From Syntrophales bacterium (lineage in GTDB: Bacteria > Desulfobacterota > Syntrophia > Syntrophales > UBA2210), in NCBI GenBank assembly GCA_963662405.2, contig CAXXKT010000003.1, positions 448,001-512,000 of the forward strand: DNA of 64,000 nt, read 5' to 3'. The translations under genes and the position numbers were made by a program. This document shows, piece after piece, positions 60,440-64,000 of this stretch (within the stretch, counting starts at the first letter, position 1; every line of letters begins with the position of its first letter). The notes beneath the pieces are model-generated. The model was given only the letters and a program-made list of their open reading frames with translations. It searched no databases and had not been told where the DNA came from.

Positions 60440-61411
60440 TCACGCTCCCTGGATTACGCGCACCCAATCAAGCGTATACCTCTGCGCCTTGTAGGCGTCG
60501 GGAGCCACGAAGAAACCGATATGCGACGCCTTGTCGATCCACAGTAACTGAGATCCTACAATGGCTTCATGGGCATAGGAGGCGTCGCGCGGCGGGACGT
60601 CGTTATCGGCGTCGCCGTGGATGATCAACGTCGGCGCACTGACCGTGTCGAGCGGCAGTTTGTCGATAGCCGCGCCAAGGGCGATATCGTTCTCCGCACC
60701 CGCTTTGCGCTCATCAAAGCGGTCACTCATGGTTTTGAACATGGCATCGATGAAGGCGAACTTGTTTTCATCGCTCACGATCTCCTTGACGCGCCGGCCC
60801 AGATCGTGTTTCTCTAGGGTGCTTTCGGTCCGCAGGAAACCTTTGACGACCGATGCCGGGAAATGCTTGAAGAAGTATCCCATCAACCATTGCCCCGGCC
60901 TGCTGAGATACATCCATTCCTCGACCTTGTTGATGTCGTCACCCTTGGTATAGTGCATGCTGATCCCGTCCATGATCACCAAGGCCTTCACCTTCTCCGG
61001 GTGGCGCTGTGCCAGTTGATATCCTGCCGGGCCTCCCCCGGAGGCACCGAATACGATTGCCCGGGGTATATGCAGGGCGTCCAGAAGGGCGGCCAACAGA
61101 TCCCCCTGTTCCTCGGCCCTCTTTCCGCATTGCGACGGTGTGTCGAGATATCCCGGCCGTGACGGCGCGATGATCGTGAAACCATTCTTGCGGAACAGTT
61201 CGCCCAGGACCAGTGCCTGGTCGTAGCCGCCGGGCCCGCCGTGGGCAACCAGGACCTCCGGTCCTTTACCCCTGACGGCGTATTCAACGGGACCGGAGGC
61301 CGTCTCGATGGTTTGCGACGGATAGGTCAAACAGGCCCGAAGATCATCCGCCGTAACGATCTGATTTTCAGGCAAAGACTCTGTGAGATCACGAGACAAT
61401 AAAACGGTCAT
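60440..61411 (-). CDS. Alpha/beta hydrolase
   Basis: HGGPGG, SRPGY, GASGGG, HGDAD..VP, SH. Confidence 0.85.
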   Translation of the reverse strand: MTVLLSRDLTESLPENQIVTADDLRACLTYPSQTIETASGPVEYAVRGKGPEVLVAHGGPGGYDQALVLGELFRKNGFTIIAPSRPGYLDTPSQCGKRAEEQGDLLAALLDALHIPRAIVFGASGGGPAGYQLAQRHPEKVKALVIMDGISMHYTKGDDINKVEEWMYLSRPGQWLMGYFFKHFPASVVKGFLRTESTLEKHDLGRRVKEIVSDENKFAFIDAMFKTMSDRFDERKAGAENDIALGAAIDKLPLDTVSAPTLIIHGDADNDVPPRDASYAHEAIVGSQLLWIDKASHIGFFVAPDAYKAQRYTLDWVRVIQGA

Positions 61412-61746
61412 AGATACGCCCCTTCAATGATTATATGATACCTTAGCACAGGACGGAAAGCAGATGCACGCCGATCAAACAATATCTCATCTGTGCCGGC
61501 ATAACTCAAATTCCGGCTCATTTTCCTGCGGCGTTGTATCTTTTGTATCCGGTGAAGGATACGCATCGGCTCCCCTTGATGATTCATGAAAGCCAACCAT
61601 CCTGGACATGGTATCGACCAAAGAGGCGACACCTTGAGGAACATCTTCGGTTTTCTGCTTTTCAATAGTCTGTGCCCTTGAAATATGCATAAGAATGATT
61701 AATTTGAAGGGTGTCTCAAGACTTTGGAAAGGAGATAGTGCACGCT

Positions 61747-62319
61747 ATGCTGAAGATGATGGCCGTCGGTCCGATCCAGGCCAACTGTTATATTCTGGGA
61801 TGCAAAGAGACTCTGGATGGTGCCGTCATCGACCCCGGGGGCGAGGCGCTTCGCATCGCGAAGGTGATAACCGATGCCGGTCTCAGAATCAAATATATCC
61901 TGATTACGCACGGACACCCGGATCATACCGGCGCCGCCCGGGAACTGAAAGGTATTGTCAAGGCCCCGGTGTGGATACACCGGCTGGATGCCTCTGGGCT
62001 GGGGTTTCCCCCCGACGGGGAACTCTTTGACGGCCAGGAGATCGAAGTCGGCACCTACCGGCTCACGGTGCTCCATACCCCCGGACATTCTCCCGGCGGT
62101 GTGAGCCTGTCCGCGCCGGGCGCGGTCTTTACGGGTGACACCCTTTTTTACGGTTCCATCGGACGCACCGACTTTCCGGGCGGCGACTACAACGGACTGA
62201 TCGATGGGGTGAGGGAAAAGATATTCCCCCTGGGGGACGATATCCGCGTCTATCCGGGGCACGGACCCGTCACCACCATCGGGCGGGAACGGCGGACGAA
62301 TCCGTTTTTCAGGCAGTGA
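61747..62319 (+). CDS. MBL-fold hydrolase (glyoxalase II/YcbL-like)
   Basis: NCY, THGHPDH, HTPGHSPG, GDTLF, PGHG, NPF. Confidence 0.9.
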   Translation: MLKMMAVGPIQANCYILGCKETLDGAVIDPGGEALRIAKVITDAGLRIKYILITHGHPDHTGAARELKGIVKAPVWIHRLDASGLGFPPDGELFDGQEIEVGTYRLTVLHTPGHSPGGVSLSAPGAVFTGDTLFYGSIGRTDFPGGDYNGLIDGVREKIFPLGDDIRVYPGHGPVTTIGRERRTNPFFRQ

Positions 62320-62714
62320 CGGGTGAGATCAGGTGCCCAGGAGCGGCGACTCTCGGTACGAGGGTTAAATGCGCTTCATCTGAACCGGACACCCGGATAC
62401 CAAGAATAGGCAAGATGGCCTCCTAATTCCGCTCAGGATCTCATCGCCTTCAAGACCGCACGGCTCAAAGAAATCCGCTGCTCCGGAGGCGAGGGAATGG
62501 GGATGTTTCTAACGGAAACGCGAGGCTATACGTGAACGATGAAGAGCGGTTACAGTAGATAAAAACACGCAAGCCAACACCGTGTGTGACTGTATGATAC
62601 CGGGCCTCGGCGCCTTCTCCGGTGATCGTCAGGCCTCTGACACCCTTTCGGGTCGCCGGGTTCCCCCGCGATCATCAGCACCCCGCCCGCCCTGGTTCGG
62701 GAGGGGGGGTGCGC

Positions 62715-63203
62715 CTAGAGATCATAGAGGGTTTCGTCCACGCGGGGGGCCGGACGTTTCCCCCCCCGTGCGCTGGTATCTTCCAGTGAGAAGGGGTTTT
62801 CGTTGTCGAAGAGGTCGCCCATCTCCTCCTCGATCTTTTCGGGGTCCTCCCCCCGTTCCATCCTGCTGAGGGCGTCTTCCAGCTCCGGTTTGAGTCTGAG
62901 CCCGGTTGCCTCGGAGAGCTTTCTCATCATCGCTGCGGCCTGACGGGGATCGTCCTCGTCCATCCGTTCCGCCTCTCTCCCCAGCATCTCCATGGCACGG
63001 GCCATCTTTGCCTCGTCGATCGGGGGGAGGTTGTCTTCCGCTTCACCCTTTTGCCCGGAGACGACGGAGAAGATCGACATCCGGCGCTCCAGCTTTTTCG
63101 TCTTGCATTGGGGGCAGGAGGGGATCTTCTCGGTATTGACCGATTTTGAAAAGAAATTAAAGATAGTATTGCATCGTGCGCAGTAAAATTCATAGATGGG
63201 CAT
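62715..63203 (-). CDS. FmdB family zinc-ribbon protein
   Basis: MPIYEFYCARC...CPQC. Confidence 0.85.
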   Translation of the reverse strand: MPIYEFYCARCNTIFNFFSKSVNTEKIPSCPQCKTKKLERRMSIFSVVSGQKGEAEDNLPPIDEAKMARAMEMLGREAERMDEDDPRQAAAMMRKLSEATGLRLKPELEDALSRMERGEDPEKIEEEMGDLFDNENPFSLEDTSARGGKRPAPRVDETLYDL

Positions 63204-63227
63204 AGCGTACCTCGTATTCAGGAAGAT

Positions 63228-64000
63228 TTATACTGATAAACGATCGTTCTGATCCGCGAGGATCCCTTTCAGAAAGCTCCCGGTGAGTGATTTTTCAGCG
63301 CGGGCTACCTCTTCCGGGGTCCCGGCGGCGACGATCTGTCCCCCCCCGTCTCCTCCTTCCGGACCCATGTCGATGATGTAGTCCGCCGACTTGATGACAT
63401 CAAGGTTGTGCTCTATCACCACGACGGTGTTCCCCATGTCAACCAGCCGTGAGAGGACGATGAGAAGCCGCTCGATATCGGCGAAGTGGAGGCCTATCGT
63501 CGGTTCGTCGAGGATGTAGAGTGTCCCGGTGGTCAGTCGTTTTCCCAGCTCCCGTGCCAGTTTGATCCGTTGTGCTTCTCCACCCGAGAAGGTTGTGGCC
63601 GACTGCCCCAGCTTGATGTATCCCATCCCCACGTCGAAGAGGAGCTGGAGCTTCGATCGTATCGGGGGGATATTGTCAAAGAAGGCAAGGGCCTGGTTGA
63701 CCGTCATGTCGAGGACATCGGCGATACTGCTCCCCTTGTAGCGTACCTCCAGGGTATCCCGGTTGAACCGTTTCCCGTGGCAGGCATCGCAGGTGATGTA
63801 CACATCGGGGAGAAAGTGCATCTCGATCTTTTTGACGCCTTCTCCCTGGCACGCCTCGCATCGTCCCCCTCTGACGTTGAAGCTGAAACGTCCCGGTTTA
63901 TAGCCCCGCACCCGCGCTTCGGGGAGCTGGCTGAAGAGATCGCGGATATGGGTCAGCACCCCCGTGTAGGTAGCGGGGTTCGATCGGGGGGTGCGCCCGA
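63228..64000 (-). CDS. uvrA: Excinuclease ABC subunit A, C-terminal part (runs off window)
   Basis: [52 protein letters not shown]. Confidence 0.96.
   Translation of the reverse strand, partial: GRTPRSNPATYTGVLTHIRDLFSQLPEARVRGYKPGRFSFNVRGGRCEACQGEGVKKIEMHFLPDVYITCDACHGKRFNRDTLEVRYKGSSIADVLDMTVNQALAFFDNIPPIRSKLQLLFDVGMGYIKLGQSATTFSGGEAQRIKLARELGKRLTTGTLYILDEPTIGLHFADIERLLIVLSRLVDMGNTVVVIEHNLDVIKSADYIIDMGPEGGDGGGQIVAAGTPEEVARAEKSLTGSFLKGILADQNDRLSV

Noticed and set aside
61408..61690. Small ORFs between the alpha/beta hydrolase and MBL hydrolase genes
   Set aside because: No motifs or clear RBS; probably a divergent promoter region
62330..62375. Cobalamin riboswitch (AGGTGCCC...GGGTTAAA)
   Set aside because: Lacks the following AGGGAA and GCCACTG elements, and no co-oriented gene lies downstream

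Overview
Bacterial chromosomal segment, probably from an anaerobic deltaproteobacterium (Desulfobacterota/Syntrophales-like; inferred from gene content and protein style, not from a search). 1-26.3 kb is core genome: trkAH, an orphan RHH antitoxin, yggS, a selB-fdhD-yhaM operon, ruvX-mltG and a dcw cluster (mraZ to ftsZ, no ddl). 26.5-38.5 kb holds signalling genes: two tandem PAS-GGDEF paralogs, both broken (one by an IS3-family element with a GGA target duplication, one by an in-frame TAA), a REC-MBL hydrolase, a manC-to-xni operon and an intact GAF-GGDEF gene. 39-42.6 kb encodes a 1.2k-aa acidic secreted protein. 42.8-47.2 kb is a cassette-like accessory island (PLP decarboxylase plus thioesterase, two GNATs, hicAB, a methyltransferase). 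It is punctuated by three ~20-bp direct repeats, contains one well-formed 60-bp attC-like site, and has no integrase or transposase. The rest contains a nikKMLQO-type ECF transporter, a selenocysteine peroxiredoxin split in the ORF track by its UGA codon, an IPTL-CTERM surface protein, several hydrolases, gldA and the 3' end of uvrA. The best leads are the repeat/attC island, the Sec-peroxiredoxin with its SECIS hairpin, and two sigma-28-like promoters in front of non-flagellar genes. Functional calls come from reading motifs by eye; no database search was run.
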